Below are positions 22,771-33,862 of a stretch of 34,531 nucleotides of DNA, in pieces; within the stretch, counting starts at the first letter, position 1; each line of letters opens with the position of its first letter. This stretch comes from Octopus bimaculoides (Eukaryota). A program made the position numbers and the translations under genes. A model generated the notes under the pieces. It had not been told where the DNA came from. It made no database searches and saw only the letters and a list, made by a program, of their open reading frames with translations. The stretch is from contig NC_068988.1 of NCBI RefSeq assembly GCF_001194135.2, positions 15,845,667-15,880,197 of the forward strand. The letters are read 5' to 3'.

Positions 22771-23014
22771 AAAACCTCTATGCTTCCTGAAATTCACCAA
22801 CACTACACGTGATATCCAGCCCCCCTCCATATGCATGCACACGTGTACATCATGACTCATACTGTTCACTTTCCTGATTTTTGTACATAATTCTAAATAT
22901 TGTACATGCACCTTTGATGAGTTGTAGTGCACCTTAGCACTATACACAATAATTTCATTATCATTATATATCTTAGTCTACCAAATAATATATAATCTTT
23001 TATGATCATGGAAA

Positions 23015-23380
23015 TAGCAGCCATAGGTTCCTAAAATTACACCTTACCAACTTAAGAAGAGAAAACTAGATGCATTATTCCTGAATAAAAGACAAGATGC
23101 TCATTGCTGGAATGCCCTGGACCACAAGTTTGTCTATATCTTAGGGGCTGAAGTCAGGGGAAACAAGTTAACAAGAGCATCATTGATCTATTAAAAACAG
23201 TTGCTGAATATTCCTCAAATCACACCTTAATATCTTGAAAGTAAGGACACACATTAAATAATGTAGCTACACAGACTGCTATGTCAGAAAAAAAGAAAAT
23301 AAAGAAAGATGGAATGGTGACAGCAAGAGACACATTTGATTACAAGTCTGCTTCATCAAAGGTGACCAGAATCTAAACAA
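23015..23380 (+). repeat. Two tandem degenerate copies of a short repeat (SINE-like 3' part)
   Basis: Parallel motifs in ~23015-23170 and ~23200-23380: AAAATTACACCTTA vs CAAATCACACCTTA; GATGCTCATTGCTGGAATGCCCTGGACCACAAGT vs GATGGAATGGTGACAGCAAGAGACACATTTGATTACAAGT. Confidence 0.45.
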
Positions 23381-23520
23381 TTTCATTTCTATGCGAAGTA
23401 TTAATAAGAGAAATCTTAAACACACACTGCAAAAATGATTTAATACAAATGTTTGCTTGAAATCTTATTTCAAAATATAATTTGAAGATACTTAGATATT
23501 CAAGAATGCAAAGATATATG

Positions 23521-23558
<38 letters not shown>

Positions 23559-23580
23559 TAGATAGATATCTTTGCATTCT

Positions 23581-23674
23581 TAAGACTTTTTCACTTCCCT
23601 AGCGTTATACTAATACATCTGTTTGTTGTCTACACCACCTGTCTTAGTCTTGTTTTTTTTTTTGTGAATTCTCC

Positions 23675-23676
<2 letters not shown>
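23581..23676 (+). repeat. Headless copy of the 21925-22083 repeat
   Basis: AAGACTTT...AGCGT.ATACTAATACATC..TTTGTTGT.TACACCAC.TGTC aligns to 21984-22050. Confidence 0.75.
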
Positions 23677-23705
<29 letters not shown>

Positions 23706-24291
23706 AATATATGGAATAATTTACTCATACAATTATTCTTAGCTTTTTTTTTTTATATATATATGTTGTCATTACAAATGTCTGTGAAAATGAAAAAGAT
23801 ATACTACAAATTATACTGTATTTGACGTGGTGGTGGTGGCCATAGTTCTCAAAGTTTGCTGCTTAAAGATTTTTCTCTCTATGTTTTTATTTTGGTGCTG
23901 ATAGAAAGATTCTGAAAAGTCTAAAGATTTGTTTAGGTTTAGCTTTGTAGTTCACAACATGATGCACTTCCTCATACCGCCCATCGAACCGTTTAAAATA
24001 TATTATATATAGACAAACTAAAGCTCAAGTAACGTACTGTTGAATAACGATGATATTTTTGTGGGAGGATTTCAGCTGCCTTTGTAGGTGGGAAGGTAGT
24101 CTATTCTATTTAACAAGTTCATATATGAGCTTTGGTCTATATTTGTAAGTCATGACAAGAAGAGAATAACTGTTGAACGAAGACGAAGTATGAATTCAGT
24201 TTTGTTTTTCTTTCTCTAAAAAATATTGTTTTGAAGAATTTTCATTTTTGATGTTACTTCTTATATTTCACTCAATAAAATATTCTTTTCT

Positions 24292-24498
24292 ACTCTAGGT
24301 ACAAGGCCCGAAATTTTTGGGAGAGGGGCAGTCGATTAGATCGACTCCAGTACGCAACTGGTACTTAATTTATCGATCCCGAAATGATGAAAAGGCAAAG
24401 TCGACCTCGGCGGAATTTGAACTCAGAACGTTAAGACAGACGAAATACTACTAAGCATTTCGCCTGGCGTGCTAACGTTTCTGCCAGCTCGCCGCCTT
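24292..24498 (-). mobile_element. tRNA-derived SINE of a further family
   Basis: Minus strand AAGGCGGCGAGCTGGCAGAAACGTTAGC...GAGTTCAAATTCC (B-box)...GTCGACTTTGCC...GATAAATTAAGTACCAG. Homolog at 33645-33862. Confidence 0.88.
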
Positions 24499-24499
24499 A

Positions 24500-24735
24500 N
24501 NNNNNNNNNNNNNNNNNNNNNNNNNNNNNNNNNNNNNNNNNNNNNNNNNNNNNNNNNNNNNNNNNNNNNNNNNNNNNNNNNNNNNNNNNNNNNNNNNNNN
24601 NNNNNNNNNNNNNNNNNNNNNNNNNNNNNNNNNNNNNNNNNNNNNNNNNNNNNNNNNNNNNNNNNNNNNNNNNNNNNNNNNNNNNNNNNNNNNNNNNNNN
24701 NNNNNNNNNNNNNNNNNNNNNNNNNNNNNNNNNNN
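24500..24735. other. Assembly gap (N)
   Basis: Run of N followed by (TA)n. Confidence 0.99.
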
Positions 24736-25304
24736 TATATATATATATAGTCCTTGTGCAAGCCAAAATTGCTAAATAATACAAGGAATCAAACTGGAAA
24801 ATGAATTCCAAAGAATTTTTTTTAATAGTAAATATATTTAATGTATGAAAGAGGAGAGCAGGTGATATGCCACGCCTCCTCTGAAATAAACATCTACATT
24901 TTAGTCCGTGTCAGAAAATGTATCACTTTTTGGATATGAATTAATATTTTCTCTTTTTAATGATAGATTTCTATAGTTTTCGAATAAATATAATTACTGT
25001 CTATTAATACGAAGAAAGTAAATAAATAAGTTAGTTATTCTGATGGAAGTATTTCTAACAGCGGTAAGTAAACATACAACAGTAATGTTACTAAACATGT
25101 TAGGAGAGAGAGAGGAGATAACGACTGCAGTAATAAAAGAACGAACAAAAGGTAGCATAACATGGAAGAAATCAATAATTAACGTTAGAAAAAAAAAAAA
25201 AAAAAGAGAAAACTATTTGTCTACAACTGGAGGATGTTTAAGACGTATATTAGTTGACGAAAACAGAAAAGGGGAAAATAAACTCGCGTGTATGTGTGTA
25301 TGGG

Positions 25305-25485
25305 GGAAGCTGATGAAGGAAAATGTTCTCTATGTGGCCTGTGTGTTTTCTGTACTCTGGTTATTATTATTTTTTTGTCCACGTTTTGTTTACAACGTCC
25401 TGTACCCAGATATGCACCTATATATACAGGTAGATGTAGGTATGCACATACTTGTACGTATATATGCATATAGTCATTTATTATT

Positions 25486-25490
<5 letters not shown>
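25305..25490 (-). repeat. Second copy of the unclassified repeat at 20856-21032
   Basis: Reverse-complement similarity; it also abuts (TA)n. Confidence 0.8.
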
Positions 25491-25532
<42 letters not shown>

Positions 25533-27127
25533 GTGTGTGGTGTATGAATGAATGATCAACGATTATGCAAAACAAAATAGTAGGTGTTGTCATAAAGAAA
25601 GACATTCACAGGTTGTTGTTGTTAGAAAGAAGAAAGGTGGCTGTGAGTGAGGAAGGAGAAATGTTTATTTAGCAGTTCATAAATTAAAAAAAAGGGACAA
25701 AGGGCAATCACACAAAAAAATATTTATACTAAGGGTCAATCGAGAATTAGGTGGGAGTCGGAATAAAATAAAAAGAAATAGCTAACCGTTTGTAGATTCT
25801 TAAATACATAGAAAATATATTTGACTTGGTGCAGAGTATCTACCGCCCCTCTTCCATATTGGATATCATGTGATTCACTTCGGTGAGCAGATTTCAAAGT
25901 TCCCATTGAAAAATTATTCCAGTCTTTCATTTACCATCCATTAGATTATCCGAAGGAAAGGATATTTTAGTTTTACATGGATTTGTGTTTTTATTTAAAA
26001 AAAGCAATCGATGATTGATTTATCTAGTTTGTTTTAACGGGGATATGGTTGTATTTTATTGAAACACACGGAAGATTTAGTAGTGGAGGTTCGAGTGTAT
26101 AAAAATAATTGTTTTTGTTTTGAACACTTATTTCATTTTTATTTCCTGAATAAAGTAAAAATATAGTTTAATGTCAGTATTTTGCATACGTTAGTCGATC
26201 TCATTAGACTTTTAGATCTTTAAAAATATGTATTAACAATTTTTTTACAAAAAAAAAAATTCTGCGTTATGTATCTATTTATATAGCAAAAAAAAAATCT
26301 AAAGTAAAAGATTTGCTAATTTTTTTTACAGGGATGCGAATGTAGACATGGAAACTCATACCCTTCTAAAGAAAATTGGCAACACATGATAAAATATCTA
26401 CAAACAATAACCAAAACCGAATTGTGTCTTCGATGCCTCTGTGTTTGTGTGTGTGTGACAGTCAACCGATTGATTTCGATCTCCTGGAAAGAAAACTCGT
26501 CAATGGGATTTTGGATGAAATCGAAGTAAAAATAAAGAGGTTATATTGACGAGCTGTTAGGTGAAATATATAATGAATCTGTGCCAATTCGAGACAGGGT
26601 GTCAATGATAGGGGCCCGTCACTATTTTGATAAAAATATCGAATTATAGAAAACATCATTCTATAAGTAGCAAGAGTAGTTGAGTGTGTGCGTGTAACAG
26701 TGAGTTTACATACATACATTGATTAAATATGAAAATAAACGAACTCATATTCCCACGTATTTACTGTTACTCTCGTTGTGAAATTAAAGCTTACTAGGTC
26801 TTTAGCGGCAGTTTTCACTAATTGCTCTACCCTAAACTATCGATGATGTAAGGTAGCAAGGGTGACGTTTAGGAATAGCTGTCACTTGAAGCCCCATATC
26901 TCACGTTGAAAAGAATAGAGTATGGAAGTGGAGGAAAATACATAAAGTGAAAATGTTATGACTTTATTTATTTATCTATTTTTTTTTTGTCAGAATAGTA
27001 ATTTCCGTTGTATGAAGTACAGGAATAATAACGAAATGTAAAAAGTTATCCCTTTTCCTTTCCCATCATTTATGGAATTTCGAGAGACAGCTATTCCAAA
27101 ATTCCGCCCAAATTTCAATCTAAGTTA

Positions 27128-28377
27128 GAGGGTGGCTAAAAAGTTTATAGGCTGACCATGAAGGATTGATGCTAGAGCAGTGAAATCTTGCATGCACTAA
27201 TTTCAGCCCTTCTTATTAATAACTGCATTGTCCTTTTCCAGGTAAACAGACACCTGACTGCTCAAAAAGACTTCAGATGAAACTAGTAGCGACTTCTCTT
27301 GAAAATGAACAAAATTTGGTACCGTGGAGTTTATCAATACCTGCAGGAAAAAGGTTTAGGCCCCAAGGACATTTATGCCGATATGGTTGTTACATTAGGA
27401 GATGACGCGTCAGCTTTATCTACAGTGAAACGTGGACAACTGAATTTAGGAAGGGAAGAGAGATTCTTGAAGATGACCCAACGTCTGGATGTCATACAAC
27501 TGTCACCACAGGAAAACATTGATCGTTTTCACCACATATTGAAATATGACGGGCAATTGACTTTCTATCGTATAGCCTATACTATTATTATATCCCGTGA
27601 CATAGTTGAGAATATTCTGCACAATGAACTTGGCATGACGAAGGCTTCCGCTTCGTGGGTGCCACATCTTCTGACACTTGATCAAAAGCGCATCAAGTTG
27701 ATCATATCACGAGAGAATCTGACATTATTTGAGGCAGATCCAGCTGATTTCCTTGAACGTTTCGTAACCGAGGATGTGTGTTGGGTTCATCACTTCGAGC
27801 CAGAGACAAAGCGACAATCCAAGCAGAGAAAACTCCCCTCCTCACCTGCTCCAAACAAGGCCAGCGTCGTTTCATCTACAGGGAAGGTAATGACCGCAAA
27901 TTTTAAGGATGGAAAAGGTATAGTGTCTTCAAAAGGACCATGCGTCAATGAAGAATACTATGTCAACTTACTGAGGTAGTTACGAAAGGCTATCAAGAGA
28001 AAAAGGACGAAAGAGGTTTTCTTTCATCAAGACAATGCTCCAGCACACAAGCCCTTAGCTTCAATGGTTATTGTGCGTGACTGTAGCTTTGATTAATTGC
28101 TCTTTCTGTTCTCTTGATTTGGTCACATCTGATTATCATCTGTTCCCTAACATGAAAAAGTACTTAGCTGGGAATCAATATCGCAATTGTGATGAGTCAT
28201 ATCTACTTTTGTGACCAACAGTATGAAAGCTTTTTCACCAATGGGATCCAAGCACTGCAACACTGATGGAAGAAGTGTGTGGACTGCAAAAACGGACCAT
28301 GTTGAAGAATAAACCCCATTTGGTCACGTTCCATGAGAGTATTTTGGTCACCATATAAACTTTATAGTTGACCTCCG
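27128..28377 (+). mobile_element. Full-length decayed mariner DNA transposon (~1.25 kb)
   Basis: Imperfect TIRs (TA|GAGGGTGGCTAAAAAGTTTATAGGCTGACCA and TGGTCACCATATAAACTTTATAGTTGACCTCCG|TA) with TA flanks, enclosing a transposase remnant. Confidence 0.92.
27299..28310 (+). pseudogene. Mariner transposase pseudogene
   Basis: WVPHLL motif and FLERFVTEDVCWVHHFEPETKRQS (TGDETW decayed). After the stop at 27979 come FHQDNAPAH and SLDLVTSDYHLFPNMKK (YSPDLAPSDYHLF-like). Confidence 0.92.
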
Positions 28378-28506
28378 TAATTAATATATATTTCTTCTGT
28401 CATTTATTCCATGGATTATAAATTTGCCAGTATGCAAGTTTACTAAATTTCATCAACACCTTGACCGTAGCATCTTCTTAACACAAATAACACGGCAGCA
28501 ATCCAT

Positions 28507-29876
28507 TATGTATGTATGTATGTATGTATGCATGTCATTATTTAGTCTTATTTCAATATTTCTTGCCAATAGAGAAAGAGCCGGTTTCTAACCTAGATCC
28601 ATGACTCCTTTGGAATTTCAACCACAACAGAGTATTTTGTATGTATGCATGTATACATGTAGATTTGTATGTTTTTGTTTTATGTATGTATTCTCATGCA
28701 TATAGTTGCATACCTAGACATGCTCATACATACTTAAATGATAAACTTCTAGAAAGTTTTACAGATTTTTACAGCTCTAGTAATGAATTGGATCTGTAGT
28801 CTTCGAATCAGCTTTCTCCTTTCTGGTTGTGAGAAGCCTAATTTTTCAAGATTGGTATTTAGGCAGTGTGTTACATATCCCAGTGGTTCAGTAATTACAG
28901 GTATAAATCTGAACTTGTAATTTGGATAGAGTAACTGCAGATTTCTCAATAGCATAGGCGTTCTCTTTTTCACTAATCTTAAGCTTTATGTTAACATCCA
29001 CTGGGCAGCTGATTTCCAGAACTGTACACAGTTTATCTTCTCTATCCTTTTCACTGTGACATTCCACCAGTATTTCTTTTTGTTATGAATCCCTATGGCT
29101 TCTACCATACCGTGGGTTCTTATTTCTTTGTCCTCGGAGTTATCCTTCCGACGGATTTCATTACAGAGTGTCCTGGCTACAACGTCATGTCTCATCGGGC
29201 GATAATACCGTGATGCCATTTTTGGAGAACTACTAACGATGTGGGTGATATTTTTCAGTGTTACTCCACAAAATCTGCATTGGTTGTCACATTTTACTTC
29301 TTTTTCTGCATCGCTGTCTCTTTTGTGCACTAGGCATTTAGTTGATATTTCCTGTTCCTGGATTGCGAACACACACCCTTCAAAGTGGGAGGTAGTAATC
29401 CGGTTGTTGGCCCATGATAGACTGCTTTGATTATCAATGTTTGGGCATGTATTTAAGGCTATCAGACAAGGAATGCTATTGAAAGAGCTGCTTTCCAAGT
29501 TATATGATGTTATCAGCTTCTTGCACGCAAACTTGGTCAAGGGATGCACTTCGACACTTAGTGGTTAAAAAATGTTGCTAAATGGATGGGATACGACGTT
29601 CAAAGGCAGTTTGGATCGATGTTAAGCCTCTGCCGCGTTGTTTCCATTTTAGGTAGAGGCAGTCTACGTCACAATTGATGTGGAAATTATGTGTGCCAGT
29701 TAGTATCTTCCGGGTTTTCACGTCAATGGCTCGGATCTCATCAAGCGTCCAGTCAAGCGGCCCAAATATTGGTATAAGTACTGGCACTGCAAACACATTG
29801 TGGGCTATTGTTTTATTGAATGCAGAGAGTTCCGAGGTCCAAATTTCCTTTATTCCGCTGTTATATTCTTTAGTGA
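28507..29876 (-). mobile_element. 5'-truncated R4/Dong-clade non-LTR retrotransposon (RT thumb, CCHC knuckle, RLE remnant, 3'UTR)
   Basis: KEY..IKEIWTSELSAFNKTIAHNVFAVPVL...IDVKTRKILT...DVDCLYL...GRGL; AIQEQEI...CRFC...ITHIVSS.P...RHDVVA; LLRNLQLLYPNYKFRFIPV...LGYV. It ends in (ATAC)n. Confidence 0.85.
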
Positions 29877-30154
29877 CATGTACGTATGTGACATGTATGT
29901 ATGTATGAGTTAAGAAGGTTCCCAGTGTTTGTAAGTATGTGGTTGAGTTTGGTGTGTTGCTTGAACTGTCGGTGCACGCAACTAAGTGTGTGCTTTTATT
30001 CATTTAAAGAATCTCAGATGGAGAATCTTTGCAATGTCTTACAAATTGTCACTGTGTCGCAAATGTATTGGATTTGGAAAATCTGCATGTTTTTTTTTTG
30101 CTTTTTCTTCGAAAAATCTAATATTTCTAGGTTTGTGTGTAAATCTGCAGATAC

Positions 30155-30430
30155 ATATTATCCATTTATCCAATTTTTCCACTTACTATTCCGGGGTGAA
30201 TTGTTGGGGTAGAATCCTCAGGTACCTTCATTATAGAGTCCAATCAGTAGCTGCCATCATTACAGTTTCCGGACTGGATTCCAAGTGTGACAAACTAAGA
30301 CTATGGCCATCTCATTCTTGGTCTATCCAGCCATCTCATTCTTGGTCTATCCAACCATCTCATTCTTGGTCTATCTCTAGGTCTGCTGCTGGTTGGCTCG
30401 TCTAGAAGAATCAGTCTTGAGATTCTTTAC
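30155..30430 (-). mobile_element. Rex3/Expander-like RTE 3' end with a triplicated RPRMRWLD segment
   Basis: EPTSSRPR-(DRPRMRWL)x~3...ETVMM...RYLRILP, homologous to ORF 5383-5673. The 24-bp unit repeats at 30307, 30331 and 30355. Confidence 0.7.
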
Positions 30431-30439
30431 CCCGATATT

Positions 30440-30700
30440 CAAATAACATGTCCATAATACCGGAGCTTTGTCCACTCAATGCACTGTGTGGTTTTCCAGC
30501 CGGGTGCTGGAAGGCACGGATAAGAATTATTGTTGCGAAGACTGAGACATTGGTTCTCTTAAGAAAGTCATCCCACAGCATTGAAAAGACACAACTCCGG
30601 TACTACGGACATGTGATTAGAATGCAGGAAAAAAATATCACAAGATGGGTTATTTAAGCCGAACCAATATATAAAGAGTTACGAAGAAGCCGGTTATTAT
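30440..30700 (+). mobile_element. RTE ORF2 fragment in the opposite orientation
   Basis: IEKTQLRYYGHVIRMQEKNITRWVI*AEP. Confidence 0.7.
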
Positions 30701-30719
30701 CATATGGTGTGAAAGAAAG

Positions 30720-31045
30720 AAAGCAGTAAATTTAGTCGAGTGAACGGTTCCTCATGAAGATAACATGGACGCCGCTCGGGCTCAAAAGATCAACCGTTAT
30801 AAAAACCTTCTTGTAGAATATGAAGATGCAGGCTAGAAAGCAGAGAAATTACCAATCGACGTCGGATGTAGAGGATTCATTGGACACAGTGTGAGGTGAC
30901 TGTTATCGCAAGCCCTGACTCATCGTAAAGCAAATATCACCATGAGGGATAGCCAAACTACAGTGGAGAAGGCAAGCCACAAGGTGTGTGTGTGTGTGGG
31001 GGGAGCCACTGGATTTGGTTAAAAAGAGACGATGAACAATAACTT
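30720..31045 (+). pseudogene. HERO-like RLE endonuclease C-terminus
   Basis: LVE*TVPHEDNMDAARAQKINRYKNL...G*KAEKLPIDVGCRGFIGHSVR*LL...EKAS[insertion]HWIWLKRDDEQ*. Clade assigned from recalled motifs. Confidence 0.75.
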
Positions 31046-31337
31046 GTAGAATATTGAACGAAACCTAATAACCAGTTGATTTTGCCAGCGGGGTCTCATT
31101 TCAGTCAGTGGGGCTAGTGCGCAATGTTGCTGCCGGGAGAAAGGCCCCGAAATGGTGCGCATTCTCTCCTGGTGACCCCATAAACTTGCTAGCACATGGT
31201 ATGCGGAGCTTTCAACTGGTAGCCCTTGATTCTGAAAGTTGTTTGCAAGCACATATATTCAGCAATGTCAATGTCGAGCAGTGTTTAGGAATAAGTGAAC
31301 ATTAGGTTAGTTAAAATATGTTTGCGACATTCAGAAC

Positions 31338-31585
31338 CGTTACTGTGTTGAAAAGAAAATTCTCTCTTATGGTAAAAAAAGTGTAAAAACACCATATCTG
31401 TCCAGTACTACCTCCTGCAGGATTCCAAGACGAAGCGTTTCTAACTCTTTATCCATTATCCCAAAGAGTTTGAAACGATGCGTCTGGGAATCCGACAAGC
31501 GGCAACATTGGGTAGATATGGTCTTTTTACACATTTTACCACAAGAGAGAACTTTTTCTCTGCAGTTACTGCAGTGAATTTGGCT
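31338..31585. mobile_element. Old MITE-like inverted repeat
   Basis: 31360-31403 TTCTCTCTTATGGTAAAAAAAGTGTAAAAACACCATATCTG vs reverse complement of 31508-31551 TTCTCTCTTGTGGTAAAATGTGTAAAAAGACCATATCTA. Confidence 0.65.
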
Positions 31586-31910
31586 TTAAATGTTGAAATG
31601 TGTCAAAAGTATATTTTAACTAAAATAAAGTTTGCTATATCCCTTTCCCAACTATACTTTGCTGAAGTCCTCGAGTGGAAAAATTTGGTTATCGAATATG
31701 AAATATTAGAATTTCTAAGAAAATCACAGAATGCTTTATCTTAAGACAAAAAAAAAACAAAAAAACAAAAAAAAACAAAGATTAAACTCAGGGTCTTGGC
31801 TATATGAGTTGGAAAGATATGATAGTTGCTGCTTTATAATTTCTCTCGAAGCAGCTCAAATCATGAATGTAAATTCAACCACAGATCTGTTTAGTTGGAA
31901 ACATTCAATT

Positions 31911-31962
<52 letters not shown>

Positions 31963-32329
31963 CACACGCAAGTTAATTATTCCAGCTGACCTGGGTTACG
32001 GCCATATTTTCTGTTAGCGGGTAAAAAGTATTAGAATCAATAATTTTACGTTGGTACGAGGCCAAACATATTTAGAAGTCAAGTACAGTCGCTCTGATCG
32101 TAGCTCTTTTTTTAATGGCATAAGTCAGAGGAGAAAGTCACTATCCATGGCTACTTTTAGGATCCCCAAGAGGAAGTTATTCCACAGATCGGAAGACTAT
32201 CCTCTATGCTTGCAACATAATGGACTTCGACAAAGATACTCAAGGACTAGATTGTGGTATTAAAGTAGGAGATAGATTAAGTCTATTTCACCGAACAAGA
32301 CAAGTTTTGCTGAAGGGATTCCATGCCGT

Positions 32330-32601
32330 TTCCGCCTATCAAATTTCATTTCCAAGGAGTTGCTCGATCTCCGGACTGTAGTAGAAGACCCTAGTCCAAT
32401 GTTTCGCACACTGAGGTGGATCTCTAAACCATGAATTTGCGATGTGCATGAGCCCTAGAAGAATGAATATTTTCCTTTTATCTGTCTCAATCATTGGGCT
32501 GCGGCCATGCTTGGGCATTGCCCTGAAGGGCTCAGTCGAACAAATCGATCCCAATACTTTTTAAAGCCAGGTACTTATTCCATCGGTCATTTTTGTCAAA
32601 C

Positions 32602-32605
<4 letters not shown>
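32330..32605 (-). mobile_element. Degenerate CORE SINE pieces (5' part and 3' half)
   Basis: TTTCCGCCTATCAAAT...GTAGTAGAAGAC; GCGGCCATGCTTGGGCA...CAAATCGATCCC...GTACTTATTCCATCGGTC. Confidence 0.65.
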
Positions 32606-32644
<39 letters not shown>

Positions 32645-32664
32645 TATGTATAAATGTGTATATG

Positions 32665-32688
32665 NNNNNNNNNNNNNNNNNNNNNNNN
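32665..32688. other. Assembly gap (N)
   Basis: Run of N next to (TA)n. Confidence 0.99.
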
Positions 32689-32717
<29 letters not shown>

Positions 32718-32721
<4 letters not shown>

Positions 32722-32810
32722 TCAGCTCGGGGCTATAGTGGAAGATGCTAGCCTAAGGAGCCACGCAGTGGGACTAAACTCAAGTTCACATGCTTGGGAA
32801 GCAATCATCA
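32718..32810 (-). mobile_element. Partial CORE SINE
   Basis: GGGCTATAGTGGAAGA...CCACGCAGTGGGACTAAAC...TTGGGAAGCAA. Confidence 0.7.
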
Positions 32811-33644
32811 GATCCCAAAACGGGTTAAACTTAGCTAATATTCTATCGCAACTCCCACTCTTATTACTTTTTGTGAGATATAATAATTGTAGTTCTAAAA
32901 GAGAGTATCGAGTGAGTTATGATAATTGACTTGTCTCATGTGTACTCATGAAATATATTGTATCTACCCGAGATATAACAAATCCGTCGTCCGATTTAAT
33001 ATCACTATTTGAACCTTAAGTGCCTTTTGAAGAGTCCACTCTGACGTATTCATTCGAGTCAGGTCTCCAGTTTAAGACGACCATCCTCCCTCTTTCCTAA
33101 AAGTGTTTGAAGTTCTGTGGTAGGTCATGAGGTCATGAGCACAACTCTTCTTTCTTGACAAAGAGATTAAGAGAAAAAGAAAAAAAAACATGTAAAATTA
33201 ATTGTATCTAGATTTGAAATTGGAAGATTCCTTTTTTAGAATTATGACAGTGAAATCCGTCCGATGCACTCCTCTTATGTTGAACACCTCAGCTACTGGT
33301 TTATAAATAGTATTATAAAGACCAGTTTTTTCTTTCGTGTATATTAGTATATATTGAAGCATTGTGTATTTGTAAAGACGTTGAATTATAAGCTGTAATA
33401 TAGCTAAAGGGTACAAGAAGGTGTTCTGTCTCGTGCAGCATTAATTAATTTTGGCTGAGATAATTTTGATAATTTTATGTTAGGTTTTCGGTGGGAAGGA
33501 GGCGGTAAAATTAAGGATATTTCCTTGCGTAACTGATATTAACCCCTTGCCTGTCGGAAGCATTCTCATAAGTTGATCCTAAACGTTCGTGCTCATTTTC
33601 TGACTTTTAGATAACCCTCGTTTCATACGTTCTGAGTAATATTG

Positions 33645-33862
33645 GTTTCGAATTTTGGCACAAGGTCAAAAAGCTCGCGGGGAGGGGCTAAGTCGATTAC
33701 ATCGGTCCTAATGCTCAACTGGTATTTATTTTATTGACCCTGAAAGGATGAGAGAGAGGCAAAGTCGACCTCGACAGAATTGGAACTCAGGATGTAGCCT
33801 CCGGACGAAATGCCGTTAAGCATTTTGCCCGGTGTGGTAACGATTCTGCCAGCTCACCGCCT
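33645..33862 (-). mobile_element. tRNA-derived SINE (24292-24498 family) with a 19-bp TSD
   Basis: TACGTTCTGAGTAATATTG is duplicated at 33626-33644 and 33863-33881. Confidence 0.9.

Noticed and set aside
25308-25340. CTGATGAAGG as a hammerhead core
   Set aside because: No downstream helix II plus GAAA; a type-II arrangement does not pair either.
30307-30375. CRISPR-like direct repeats
   Set aside because: Head-to-tail units with no spacers, inside a eukaryotic LINE remnant.
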